Positions 37,842-50,076 of a stretch of 64,000 bases of DNA are shown piece after piece. Every line of letters begins with the position of its first letter. The first letter of the stretch is position 1. A program made the position numbers and the translations under genes. The notes beneath the pieces were generated by a model. The model searched no databases. It saw only the letters and a program-made list of their open reading frames with translations, and had not been told where the DNA came from. Source of the DNA: Basidiobolus meristosporus CBS 931.73 (Eukaryota; Fungi; Basidiobolomycota); the NCBI GenBank assembly GCA_002104905.1, contig MCFE01000246.1, forward strand, positions 51,142-115,141, in the 5' to 3' direction.

Positions 37842-39097
37842 ATGCGCATGAGAACTAGGGTGATAAACCCTTCGGTATTTTTGAGTTACTATCTGCTCCT
37901 CAACTCTCACGTTGTTTCGATGACTCACCCAACATATGAATCCAGAGGTTGCTCAGGCAGTTGAGAAACTGAGTAAAGTTTGCTTGTTGAAGTTCATTCC
38001 AGAAAAAATCCACTTCATCGTGATAACGGACATGGAAGGAGGTGGAGTTCAAGTTTGGTCGTAGGTTTTGTTCCTCCTTCTCACTGTCTCGAAACTGGCC
38101 TAACAAACACGTGCTCTGTCGATTCTCTATATTAGACAGATCAATGCGGTAATGGTCGCGGTTCTTCAATCCTGGACTACAGTAATAGCCTAATATTCTT
38201 TTCGAAACCTCATATCAGTCCTCCATGTTTGTTGACTATCGAGTTGAGAGTGCCCACGAGAACGAGATTTACTTGGAAATACAGTTGGAGTATTTGTTGA
38301 GAGCGCTGAAATCCTGTATTGGCTCCCTAGACGTAAATATGAAGTTGACCAAGCGAGACGGTTTGCCAACACTCTCGTTTACAATAGCCAACCAGGTAAC
38401 GATGTGAAAGGAATCCCATTTTCTGGGCACAGCTATTAATGTGGTTGGAGGCAGAGTCGAACAGGAAAAGAGGTGCTGTTGACGCAGGATATACCTATCA
38501 AGGTACTCACACCGAATCAGATGGAAACAATCAAGGAGCCGTTGGTACCCGAGCCTCAAGTTCACATCATGATGCCACCTCTGCTGAGTGTTCGTACGAT
38601 AGTTGAGCGCATGAGAAATATCAGCGACCATGTTATTGTATCGGCCAATATGAATGGAGAGTTCACCCTGAGGGTGGAGTCAGAGGCAGTCCAGGTGGAG
38701 ACGTTTTATAAGAGCTTGATCAACCCGGAACTAGGTTGGTGGATGGTTTGGTCCATGGGCATTGTCTGGTGTCAACTGCTTACATCGCTACGTTAGATCT
38801 TTCCCAGGTTGATGCATCAAGACAGCCGAGTTTAAATAGAGATCCGGAAAATTTCGCATTTGCAAGGATCGACATTCGAAATTTCATCAAGTTCCTACAC
38901 AGTTATCATGTTTCGCCTAGCAATGTGGTCTGCTGTAAGTTGTCTCTACTCTCCCAAGGGTCGATCGAGCACTAATCAAGCATCCAGGTATCATTGAGGA
39001 CCATGCACTGGTGTTGTATGTTTATGTTGGTGGAAACAACCCAAACCAAGATCAGTACGGCGTACTCACCTACTACGTCCCGGTCAAACACTTGTGA
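37842..39097 (+). CDS. HUS1: 9-1-1 checkpoint clamp subunit Hus1 (multi-exon)
   Basis: AVEKLSKVCLLKF, ENEIYLEI..LLRALKS, MKLTKRDGLPTLSF, TQDIPIKVL..EP..P.VHIMMP and LTYYVP. Confidence 0.9.
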
Positions 39098-39531
39098 TGG
39101 TTGGGCGCTTTCTGTACATTGTTTTCTAGAATGTATATAGTATGTTCTTCCTGCTTGCTAGTAAACCTGTGCTTTATTTATCCACCCACAGCCATTCCGC
39201 ACTTGTTCGAGTCAGATCGAGCGGTGGCACATATTAATTGTGTGCATATCCAAGGATAGCTATTGGCTGGGATCGGATGCAGCGGAGATATTCCAGAGTG
39301 GTTGAAAAAAATTCTTAGTTAATAAATACTATGAGATTGGGTTCTCTCCAATCCTTGGATAGTCTTCCACTTATTAACTCGAGCTGATTATGAATACACA
39401 AAACAAATGACGTCATGATCCCTTGTTGTCAAGTGAGCCATGCAAGGTTGTTGGTCCTCTTCGGTTCTTTCTGAAGGTGAAAATAAAGTTGACCCAATAT
39501 TAAAATAGCAAAGTAAATATTTCGAGTGAGC

Positions 39532-41595
39532 ATGAGCGAAGAAAGTGGTAGGTCTTTGAACGTACGCATGTGCAGGCGACCTCTAGACAGTGACTAAAGG
39601 TGTCAGTGGTAGGGACGCAAAGGGCTGCAATCAAAAGAAAGAGTACAGAAGAAGAGGTGGTTACAAAAGACAGCAAACCATGTAAGGCTAATTCCAAGAT
39701 AGCCCAAAGGTTACCACTTAAAAATTGACCTGGCCTTGATATTTCTAGCCGACAAAAAAGTCCACCCATTTTTCTCCAAGAAACAGGCTACCGATAAAAC
39801 CACCAAAGAGCCAGTGACTTGGAAGGAGCACGGTACCCTCCTTGTAGGGGAGACTGAGCATGTGTCTGGAAGGGACAAAATAGCCGCTTTTGATTTGGTA
39901 ATTATCTCCATCTCTCGGAGCTGATTGCACTGGCCTCCTACAAACCTTACCTCGAAAAGGACCCGTACTGAGTAAGCGTTGTTGAAAACTCTAGGATGGA
40001 ACAATCATAACTGTAAAAGGAAAGCATGTCCATCCTAAGAACGCTGACGACTGGCGTTTTTTGTTTGATAACATTCCCAAGAAGCTGGAGGAGTTGCATC
40101 AAAACGGGTAAAGCCCACGGTTTTTGCTCCCCGGCTAGCGGAGATTCTGTAATACTAAAGTTTCAGATAATGCCTCTTGCGTGTCCTAGGTACAAGATTG
40201 TTCTTTTCTCCAACCAAGGAGGCTTGAAGCCGCGGAACGGCAAGATCAGCCCTAAGAGAGCCATGTTCATGACCAAAGTCCAGAACATTGCCCGCAATGT
40301 AGCGTAGCATCTTCTGTCAAGCTCCCTCTGGGTCCACTAATTTGACACTTTCCAAGCTTGAAGTGCCACTGCAAATCTTCGTCTCCACAGCTTACGACCA
40401 TTACCGGAAACCACTGGGCGGCATGTGGGAGCATCTCGCGACGAAAGCCAACGACGGGGTAGAGATCGGTACGCCAACCCCGTCCTTTACCAGCATCCAA
40501 AACCCACACTGATCATCGCATCCTAACAGATATCCAGTCCAGCACATATGTTGGGGATGCTGCTGGACGCCCTGCTGGTTGGAAGCATGGCGTGAAGAAA
40601 GATTTCTCTGATTCGGATAGGTGGGCGAGTTGGTTCAATGGGTTTCATCGTGTGTATACTCATTTGTATTGAAACCCAACGCAGAAAGTTCGCGGCCAAC
40701 TTAAACCTTGAGTTTCACACCCCAGAGGAGTACTTCCTCGGAGAAGCATCGGCTCCATTTTCGTTCGGGGACTTTGATCCAAAGAGCTACCCCAGTGATC
40801 GTGAGTTAGACCTCTGCAGAAATGTCTTGTCCTTAATGCTGACGATCTCTTGGTTAGTTCCTTCGTATGAATCCACGTTGGTGCCTGAGGATAGAGAGCA
40901 GGAGATCGTGATTTTTGTGGGCCATCCCGCTAGCGGAAAGACCACGTTCGCCAAGAAACATTTCGTTTCTAAAGAGTATGTTCACATCAATCAGGTATCG
41001 TAGCAGCCAGACACGCCAGGGTTTTCAATGGTATCTCAGATGTTTTGTCAGGATACCTTGCATACTAGGGAGAAGTGTATCAATGCCTGCGAGAAGGCAG
41101 TGTCCAGCAAGAGCTCAGTGGTGATTGGTATGTGGAAGTAGTGCAGCCACCTGGCCTTGCTAACCATTGCAATCCTGTAGACAACACCAATCCAGATAAA
41201 GCGACTCGAGCACACTACATCAAGATCGCCCAACGATACAACATCCCCATACGCTGCTTCCGATTCCTAGCAAACGAGGCCCTGGCAATGCATAACAACA
41301 TGTTCCGAGCTCTCGGTGGCGTTGGCGAGGTATGAGATGGCAATTCCCCGAATAACCGGTGCTACTGGAATAGCACTTTCTTGCCCTTATTTTTGAAGCA
41401 GAGTCGTATTTCCTCTTGCTAATCAACTTCCTCTAGCCACGCCCTGTTCTCCCTGATCTTGCTTTCAAGACGTTTTCCTCGCGGTTGCAAGAGCCGCAGC
41501 TGGAGGAGGGCTTCGCTTCAATCGAAGCAATCCACTTCATACCGGAGTTTCAAGATCAAAGCTCCTTGGAGAAATGGAAGATGTGGTATCGATGA
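39532..41595 (+). CDS. PNKP: Bifunctional polynucleotide 5'-kinase/3'-phosphatase (multi-exon)
   Basis: IAAFDL-D, FSNQGG, YRKP..GMW, YVGDAAGR, DFSDSDRKFA, VG.PASGKTT, INQD.L, DNTNPD and HNN.FR; the start exon is inferred. Confidence 0.92.
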
Positions 41596-41679
41596 TATGT
41601 ATACTTAATAAAAGCGATGCAAGGGATTGTCAAGCGCAGTTATTGATATGGATCGGGTAAAGATTTATAAGACGTCGCA

Positions 41680-41763
41680 TACACCGGATTGACTAAGCGC
41701 AAGTGATTGATTTACACCGGATTGACTAAGCGCAAGTTACTAATTTACACCGGATTGATTAAG
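41680..41763. repeat. 2.5 copies of a 33-bp tandem unit (core TACACCGGATTGACTAAGCGCAAGT)
   Basis: Cores start at 41680, 41713 and 41746. Confidence 0.9.
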
Positions 41764-41768
41764 ATTTA

Positions 41769-42558
41769 TTATGACTTGGTGTAGGGGCTGAACTGGGGCC
41801 TAATTTCAATTTCAACTGGGCAGCCAGTACGTGGGAACTTGCAAAGGAACACGACGGTGTCAGCAATATCTTCGGGTTGAATGAATTTCTCCAAATCCAC
41901 ATTCTTGAAGCTGGACCCCATCGGGGTTCGAACAAACCCGGGGTTGATGACGTTCACCTTGATGTTTAGTTCCCGAACATCCTCGAACAGTGATTTACTG
42001 AATCCAACCACCCCGTGCTTGGTGGCGCAATAGTCGCTGCCGCCACCCATGGTTTGTCTGCCAGCTATGGAGCCGATATTGATGATATGGCCTCGACCGG
42101 TATCCTTCATCAGGGGAAGGAATGAATGGGTGACCAGCATCAATCCCCTCAGGTTGATCATGAGGGCTCTGTCCACATCTTCCCACTTGGCCGTCAGCAT
42201 ATTGCCACCCCCACTGACACCAGCATTATTTACCAAGATGTTGACCTGGCCGAATTTGTCCTTGACCTCCTTGACTGCTGCATGAACATCCTCGTCGGAG
42301 CTGACGTCGCATCGAATTGTAAGAACCTCCGCAGCCCCCGCTGAGCTGCACTCCTTCTTGATGTCTTCGAGCATGTTCTCACGGCGAGCTAGCAGAGCAA
42401 CACGGCAGCTACACAATCTCTTTATCAACAAGGCTGCACAGACATGCAACGGGCCTTTCCGCTTACCCTTCTTTCGACAGTGCTACGGCGATGCTTTGCC
42501 CAATACCAGCACTAGCGCCTGTGATGACAGCAGTTAATCCTTTCATACTTGAGTTCAT
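41769..42558 (-). CDS. Short-chain dehydrogenase/reductase (classical SDR), one intron
   Basis: ITGASAGIG, LVNNAG, GSIAG, YCATK and NPGFVRT; start at 42558 or 42546. Confidence 0.93.
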
Positions 42559-44118
42559 GTCGAGTTGGTTGCATATGTTTCGAAGTTCCTCTCATTTTAT
42601 ACCGACGAGCTGGGTTTATTGAATGATGCCTGATGACGTGCGTTCTGCTGATTAATCAGCACCAGTCATACTAGCAGTTTCCATTTCGACCAAATACGCA
42701 AAGAAGCAGTGATCCGTATATAGTATAACGGTGGCATTTTACGTGTTATCCAGTATGTGTGTGCGCTTCTGTGTGCTTCGTCATTTGATACACCACCATA
42801 CTGGCATCCCCATTTGCCTATTTATTTCCTGCTTGTGATTCTCTTGCGCATCAATGTGACGAAGTTTATTGCACTTCCCGAATCAGGCTCAGCTATTTCC
42901 TACTAATCCTAACCTGTTTATGGATATACCAAACTAAAGCCCAACTTACATAACCTTGCCTGCTCTGTGACCGCCTTTCCTGTTTGTTCATACATATCTA
43001 TTCAATCAACCTGAATTGGTGGGTACTAAATCACTACTTGTTGTTGCAATTGTTTGGTTCAATACCTCATTTAATCACAAATCTTACTGCTGTACCTGTC
43101 CAATTACTTTTAATTATTTAGTTTACACAATTAGGTGCAAGGTTACTTAGTTGGAACAACAGTGCCCCTAAACATTACATTCCACACCAGGGCACCCTTC
43201 TCAAACTTCTCAACAAGGTACTAACTAGTAAACATGCAAATGCTCAAGTGCTCCAAGTCACTTGCTATACACCAAAGACTCTGGCTGCACATTTTACATT
43301 TGACTAGTTTGTGCTGATTTGTTAGTAGTGAACTGAAAAACCCATCTGTTTGCTGAATTTTGGTGGGCTGATAACAGGAATATGGACATGAGATTTGCAA
43401 ATTCTCTTAAGTTATCCAAACCCGGAGTATTATCAAAATGCCAAGCTCATTCCAGAGCCCTCACATATACACAGCCTTTCTTTACCTTCTCGATATATTC
43501 CACTCATAGATTTCACAACACTATGCAGCAACTGTTAGAGATGATCTTTATCTAATCAATATATGCCACGCTTCTACGTAATAATTCCCAATCACTTCCC
43601 AGGTACCAAGTGAGCCTGCAACAGAACTCAGTCAAATATACCGTCAAACTTCAGTATCTGTAGATCACTAGGAAACATGGCCATTATCAAGGCAAACCAC
43701 GTAAATTCAAACTACCAATATTCATCTCCAGCCGCAAGTCAAGAAAATTAGCATATTGGTTCCACAACTAATATGGTTACATTGAGGGTTATACAACCGA
43801 GATGTCGGGCCTGAAAGTCAGCCTCATGGTAGCGGTGTTTCCAGCATCACAAGGTTTCCTGGTCAATGATTATTAAAATCTAGCTGCACATCACCAGCCA
43901 CTGACGCTTCGTGCATCCACCATCCCGTTTCCTCCAGCCTCTGGTTCTCTGCCTCTTTCTGGCCAATATCATCGCTATCGCCATCTCTGTTCAAATCGCG
44001 TTCATCTGATTGTCGGCGTTTCCCACATCCCATTAATTATACACGGACATCAATATCCAAGGATCTCTTTGGTAATGCAGGGTTTATTTAAAAGATCGAT
44101 TTAAAATAATGTGTAGCT

Positions 44119-47100
44119 TCAGTTCCGGTTGTACGTACGATCCTCTTTAGCAAAGTTAAGGAACACTTGCTCTAATGAGGTTTGACTAATGGAGTAGTCG
44201 TCGATGCCAAGCTGCTCGCGCATCTGCTCCATCCATTCGAATACGTCTGCCAAGTCGAACGCTCTCGTTAGATGGCTGTGCATGGATATGTTGGAGATTT
44301 CTAGCCGAATGCGGTTACACTGTTGCTCCAGTAAACTGGTTTGCCCAAATGCTTGGTGAATGGAAGAAATTATGTGACTGGGATTCCCCCCTGGGCATAC
44401 GAGGATCGCTAGTTCGTATCCTTTCCCGTACTTATTCTTGAGATGTTGGGGACTGCCAAGACCACACATCTGGCCGGCAACCATGATCCCGACGCGTGTG
44501 CAGAGGGCATCCGCTTCTTCCATACTGTGAGTCGTGAGAATGATGCTTTTTTCGCTAGTCAGCCCATTGATAACGTCCCACATAAATCTTTTGGCCAGAG
44601 GATCCATCCCGGTGCTAGGCTCATCTAAAAGGAGCACTGAAGGGGCGCCAATGATTGCAATGCCGAGGGATAATTTTCGGCGGTTGCCACCACTGAGCTG
44701 TTTAGGCAACTTCGCGGCATGGTCTATCAAATTCAAATGGTTTAGCAGCCAGCAGACAATGGCAGGTGTCTTGCTGGAGGGAATGCCCTTGATGTTACAG
44801 TAGAGTTCAAGGTGCTCACGGACACTGAGCTGATTGATAAGTGCATCAAACTGGGGACAGACACCCAGCGTCTTCCGCACATTCCCCAGGTTGTCTCGAA
44901 TCGATTTCCCGTCGACGATGCATTCACCACTGGTGGGAAATATATCCCCACTGAGTACCTTCAAGGTAGTCGTTTTGCCAGCACCATTGCTACCAAGTAA
45001 TCCAAAGCATTCCCCTCGTCGTATTCCAAGAGATAAATCTCGAACTGCCACCTTGACCTTCTTATCGGCGTTCTTCGGGTATTCCTTGCGGAGGTGGCGA
45101 AGCTGCACCAAATCCAAGTTGTTTCTTGAGTCGAGACGTAGCTGCTCATTGTATACATCCTCGCTAATGGGCATCAAACACGTGGAGTCCTCTTGACTGT
45201 AGCCGCCTTGCTTTACTTTTCTAGCCCGAATAGTCTTCCAATGTTCTTTTACAAGTGTCAGCAAGAAGTACACAACAGTCTGGACAACCATCACAAACAT
45301 GGGGTATCCGAGCAGGGGGATGCTCCAAACGCGTGATGGGTCTAGCTGTGGGTTCTGGGGACACTGAAGCATAAAGCCATTCATCATGACAAGTAGGGAG
45401 TAGTATCCAGCAGTACTTGGGAGCAGCGGAAAGGCCACATAGTTAATGTATTTGGCAGTATCGGAGGTCTCAAAGAAGAGGGGCAGATAAGCAGACAAGT
45501 AGAAAAACACCGCCATTCCATGGGTAGCCAGTAGGGCATTCAATCCGCCATTGGTTGTGGAATATCTCGAGGACAGCAGATATGTGGCCATTGTGAGCGA
45601 GCAGCCGAAGACAAATAGGACCAGGAAGGTCTGAAGAAAACCCACTGTCCAATAAACAGCGCCTGACGCAAATATAGCGGCAAGCAAGGTGGAGTTCACC
45701 AAAATGGGCAGAACGTCCCACGTGAAGTTTCCTAGCCAGTAGGCTACAGGGCTTAGTCCACTGATCTTCTGCTGGTGCTTGGCTCTGGATATGTTTTCCT
45801 TGACCAGAAGAAGGATGGGCAATGTAAGGTAGAATATCTGCATGAAAATCACCAGGAAACTAAAGAGAACCACTGGGCTCCAGTCTTTGTCGGACATCTT
45901 GGAAGGGAATGGCTGATAGACCGCTTTGATGGTGTAGCCGCTTTTTTTGGTGAGCTGATTGAGCAGCATGTTGTTGGCCAGATTGACCATTGCCAACGGA
46001 CTCATGTCCTTGGTAATGTCGTACGCAACTGTGTATTGGGTGTTGGGGCCAAAGATCACTCCGCCGATGAGATCCGGACGTTTATTTTCAATATACGTCT
46101 GGAGGGCACCGGGCGAAGACACCGCTGAGAAAGAAATAGAGCTGTCCACTTGCTGGACTAGCTCACTCCCAGCTATTACGGGAAGGGTTGCGTTTCTTCT
46201 ATCTGTTTGCTTAATAAAAGAGCTGTAGGTCAGATCAGTTGGCAGAAATGACAGCTTTTTCGTTGAAGCGTCCTTAGGGGAGCAGCTGTATTGTTCCCGG
46301 GACAGAATAAGTGTTCCAATCCCACACAAGAAGAGAGTGATAATGATAGGGGAAATAGCCATCACCCAGCGTCGGCGTGCTATCATTGCTCTTTTGATAA
46401 CCACTGCTCGCCATTGCTGAAAGAAATTGGTCGACCCTCTGATCATTCCCGGCGACATAGTGTTTTTGCGCCCATACGGGGCGTGCATTTCATATGGATC
46501 CTCATTGTCATGCAGCCTAATGAATTCGCTCGAATAGACGCCCTTCTCTTGATTGTAGTTCTGGTTCATTATGCGCAAGAAGACATCCTGTAAGGATGCT
46601 CCGGAGATCCCGTAGTCGGCGATTCCCATTGATCTACCGTTCGATTTGAGAAAGCGTAGCAAGGCCGGGATTTCACGGTTACAGTTGGTTGGAATCATAA
46701 TTACGCTTTCAGCACCCGAATCGGAGGTACTGATGGCTTCGGGAATGAGGCGTCGAACTCGAGTTAGGATCTCGACGTTGGTTGTTTGTGTGGTTGCATT
46801 CGTCTTGACAACAGTGAGAGTATAGCCAACCCCATAGTTAGCCTTCAAGAACAACGAGCTTCCAATACACTGGAGCCTGCCGTAACACATAATAGCGATT
46901 CGATCCCCAAGCAGGTCGGCCTCGTCCATGAAATGGGTGGTTAGCACGATTGTACGGCCTGCTCGATTATGGTTGATGACATCCCAGGTGGATCTCCTGG
47001 AATAAGGATCCATACCGCTAGTTGGCTCATCAAGGAATACAACCTTGGAGTCCCCAATAAAAGCGATGGCTACGGATAGCTTTCGCTTTTGCCCTCCAGA

Positions 47101-48915
47101 TAAGGTCTGCACATAGCTATCTGCCTTTTCCAGTAGGCCAGTCTGAGCGATGAATTTCTCCACGTCGCCAGGGATTTTCGAATTTGACACTCCCTTCAGG
47201 CCGGCGTACAGAGTAAGTGTCTGCCTGACGGTCAGCCTGTCCCACAGTATGTCATGTTGAGGGCAGACGCCTAGCCGCTGACGAACCTGCTGCAAATCCC
47301 GACGTACACTATAGCCATCGACGATAGCATCTCCTGAAGTGATGGGAATCAGCCCAGTGAGCATCGAGATGGTCGTAGATTTCCCACATCCATTATGGCC
47401 CAGGAATGAAACCACCTGACCCTCATACATATCGATGCTGAGTCGGTCAACTGCAGGCGTTTGGGAATTCCCGTAAACCTTGGTCAAACCCTTCAGAGAC
47501 AACCCTACTTTTTGCTTGCTGGATACTGGCTCAACAAGGTGCTCCAAATCTTCCTGGTTGTTGGCGTAGAATAGAAGATTCGATGGCGTCCCTTTCCAGT
47601 ATGACATCTTGAATGGAAACAATATCGGTTTGGGCGTCCCATATTCGCTAGGGATCACCTGGCTGAGATACCAAGCCAGAACAAGGTACAAGAAAGTGTC
47701 CAAGACCAACATCATGTAGGTCCCCAGCAAGCTCAAGTTGTTTTCCAAAGATTCCGAGATATCGCTGGCTCCTAGCCCTGCCCCGCTCCGCTCTTTCAAG
47801 ACAAAGGCCATATTCCCATAAAGAAAAGCAGCCGGGGAAAATATCGACGCCAGGCCTCGAACCCATGCCCCTGCAGATGATCTTGAGGCTATTTGGCCCA
47901 AGGCTGACATGCAGCAAACGACCAGCATGGAGACGAGCCCCGAGAATTTGGATTTCGAGAAGAATGAGGCTAGCGTAAATGACAAGGCGGTGATCGACAT
48001 GCCAGTAAGCAGGTACAGCATCAGCACCAGAAATAAGCTAGACCTGGGAAAGATCGCATAATGAACTACAGTGGAACACAGCACCCATGGAATGCTATGG
48101 GTCAGAAGGCCAGTGATCAGCCAGCTGCAATAATACGACTGCTCACTAAGGCCCATCATCAACATCCCTTCCTTGATCTTGCTTTCTTTTTCTAGCGTCA
48201 TTTGCCCGGTCAAATCCGAGATGGTTACTGTGAAGGCAAGGATGAAAAATGCGCACCCGACATCCCGGAGAATATCATGAAACTTGCGAAGATACTCAGC
48301 CTTGAGGCCGTCTTGATTCGACTCAGTGAACTGGATCTTCATCGGTCGCCAGTCACTGGCAATAGGCGCGTTGCCCGATACCTGGGAGATGATGGCCCGG
48401 TCTACTAGAAGCTGTAATGGAAGCGCATCATTGGACTCGAAATTCCCAATGTTGGAGTCGACATCGGTCACGCCATCCCGCTTGATTATCGGAATGGCGC
48501 GAATTGTGTAATTCCATGAGTCGCCGGCCTGAGTAAAAAGCAGCGAAGCCCGACATGGATATGTGTCGCTGCTGCAGAAGGAGTTCAAAGCATCAGCAGT
48601 GGGGAACTCTTGCAAGCGATCTGCTGCTATGCTGGGGCTTAATTTGGATAGTACCTGCAACACGCTACTTCGATCTCCAGATTGATCGGCCCATCCAAGC
48701 TTCTGGGTGGCAAAATTGCTAACTGTAAGCTTGATTGGAATGGCTTCTTTTGCATAGCCGTAGGTTTGGTCGTTGGCAAATTCAGTGACACTGCCACGAA
48801 TGCTGGCAAAGAGCCCGATGATCAACAATGGAACAAGGACATTCCTACATGTGCTGCGGATCCAGCTTGCCTTGTACAATAGGAAATTCTTATACAATAA
48901 ATACTTAAGAGTCAT
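44119..48915 (-). CDS. ABCA-subfamily full ABC transporter (1598 aa, single exon)
   Basis: Two TMD-NBD halves: GHNGCGKST/LSGGQKRKL/FLDEPTSG and GSNGAGKTT/LSGGNRRKL/LLDEP; SLQDVFL and SLEQVFL motifs. Confidence 0.97.
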   Translation of the reverse strand: MTLKYLLYKNFLLYKASWIRSTCRNVLVPLLIIGLFASIRGSVTEFANDQTYGYAKEAIPIKLTVSNFATQKLGWADQSGDRSSVLQVLSKLSPSIAADRLQEFPTADALNSFCSSDTYPCRASLLFTQAGDSWNYTIRAIPIIKRDGVTDVDSNIGNFESNDALPLQLLVDRAIISQVSGNAPIASDWRPMKIQFTESNQDGLKAEYLRKFHDILRDVGCAFFILAFTVTISDLTGQMTLEKESKIKEGMLMMGLSEQSYYCSWLITGLLTHSIPWVLCSTVVHYAIFPRSSLFLVLMLYLLTGMSITALSFTLASFFSKSKFSGLVSMLVVCCMSALGQIASRSSAGAWVRGLASIFSPAAFLYGNMAFVLKERSGAGLGASDISESLENNLSLLGTYMMLVLDTFLYLVLAWYLSQVIPSEYGTPKPILFPFKMSYWKGTPSNLLFYANNQEDLEHLVEPVSSKQKVGLSLKGLTKVYGNSQTPAVDRLSIDMYEGQVVSFLGHNGCGKSTTISMLTGLIPITSGDAIVDGYSVRRDLQQVRQRLGVCPQHDILWDRLTVRQTLTLYAGLKGVSNSKIPGDVEKFIAQTGLLEKADSYVQTLSGGQKRKLSVAIAFIGDSKVVFLDEPTSGMDPYSRRSTWDVINHNRAGRTIVLTTHFMDEADLLGDRIAIMCYGRLQCIGSSLFLKANYGVGYTLTVVKTNATTQTTNVEILTRVRRLIPEAISTSDSGAESVIMIPTNCNREIPALLRFLKSNGRSMGIADYGISGASLQDVFLRIMNQNYNQEKGVYSSEFIRLHDNEDPYEMHAPYGRKNTMSPGMIRGSTNFFQQWRAVVIKRAMIARRRWVMAISPIIITLFLCGIGTLILSREQYSCSPKDASTKKLSFLPTDLTYSSFIKQTDRRNATLPVIAGSELVQQVDSSISFSAVSSPGALQTYIENKRPDLIGGVIFGPNTQYTVAYDITKDMSPLAMVNLANNMLLNQLTKKSGYTIKAVYQPFPSKMSDKDWSPVVLFSFLVIFMQIFYLTLPILLLVKENISRAKHQQKISGLSPVAYWLGNFTWDVLPILVNSTLLAAIFASGAVYWTVGFLQTFLVLFVFGCSLTMATYLLSSRYSTTNGGLNALLATHGMAVFFYLSAYLPLFFETSDTAKYINYVAFPLLPSTAGYYSLLVMMNGFMLQCPQNPQLDPSRVWSIPLLGYPMFVMVVQTVVYFLLTLVKEHWKTIRARKVKQGGYSQEDSTCLMPISEDVYNEQLRLDSRNNLDLVQLRHLRKEYPKNADKKVKVAVRDLSLGIRRGECFGLLGSNGAGKTTTLKVLSGDIFPTSGECIVDGKSIRDNLGNVRKTLGVCPQFDALINQLSVREHLELYCNIKGIPSSKTPAIVCWLLNHLNLIDHAAKLPKQLSGGNRRKLSLGIAIIGAPSVLLLDEPSTGMDPLAKRFMWDVINGLTSEKSIILTTHSMEEADALCTRVGIMVAGQMCGLGSPQHLKNKYGKGYELAILVCPGGNPSHIISSIHQAFGQTSLLEQQCNRIRLEISNISMHSHLTRAFDLADVFEWMEQMREQLGIDDYSISQTSLEQVFLNFAKEDRTYNRN

Positions 48916-50076
48916 TTGAAAGTCGGTCTAACGTTGTTGAGGTACATGGTGCGGATTCGTTTGCTTTTATTGCTAAGCGTGCTGCCAAGAAAATACGTTG
49001 TATAGCCCTTTGATTTTCTTGGCTATTTATGCTTGTACTAACTAACTCTATGTTCCTTCCCCGTTGGTTGAACACTAGATATACACCTGGTTAAAGCCAG
49101 TCTTGTGCAATCAATCTTGGCTCCGACAACGTGGATCAAATCACCATGCCAAGATGTATTATGCCTATCCAGATTGAAAGTAATCTCAATGTATGTAACT
49201 GGGTATTTGGGCTTTTGGAGTAGTGGCCTGAAAACCATTGCTTTAGCTGAATGCTCCATGAGCCAGATGGCAATTGATAGAGTACAGACAAAGTTGTTGG
49301 TATTTAGCATCCTGTCTATCATTTTGCCCATAGTTTTGTTATTGATCATATTATATATAAATACAAGACAAATAGCCATTTGATGGATTGGTAATCTGGA
49401 GAAACTGATATTCAGGACACATGAATCAACACCTGGAACACAATATTTGAATCTACATAATAACCAGTGATACATTAAGTATGCTGTTATATTTGCACTG
49501 CTGCTTAACTCGCCATACCTCCCAACATTCCACAACTAGAAGATATTGGTGGTGTTGTAGCATGTAGAGGTACAAAATAAGGAAGACAACTATGCTCCAA
49601 ATATATCACTACATCACGTGCAGCTGTTTGTGGCCACAGAGTCCATTCACATATACAAGACAAAATACAGTAAGCACCGCTTTGGACCATACCCGGTCTC
49701 TCAAACAATGGAGTACAATAGCGTAATGTCCTGTCACTCGGGAGAATGTTTTGTACAGATGGAGTCATACTAGAGTGACTAATGTTTGTTGACAAAATAA
49801 GCATGGCGGCAAAATGGTTGACAAATAAGGAGAGTACTAGAGTGGGTCTGAAGCGTGCAGATAGTCACATGACAGCGGATGGTAACAAATCATGTCAAAC
49901 GGCTGAGATTCGTAATTGGGGTAGGTTGGATATATCATGTACTATGCTTGGAGCTCATAATTGAGACTCGAGAGAAAGGAATAACGATAAAGCGCCTGGT
50001 TACTACGGTATAGATAGCTGATTTTGGAAAGTGTGCACCCTAGTAGTCCAGATGGTATAAAGAGGAAGCCGCGTCT

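Noticed and set aside
37455-37928. 157-aa minus-strand ORF
   Set aside because: No motif, and it overlaps the HUS1 promoter and first exon on the opposite strand.
41680-41763. CRISPR-like repeat-spacer pattern
   Set aside because: Eukaryotic context, linkers of only 8 bp, 2.5 units and no cas genes; it is a minisatellite.
41769-42558. Bacterial horizontal origin of the SDR
   Set aside because: The sequence looks generic and has a spliceosomal intron; the claim cannot be supported without a phylogeny.
49038-49964. Possible LINE RT relic upstream of ABCA
   Set aside because: CpG-poor and probably TE-derived, but no diagnostic motif could be read with confidence.
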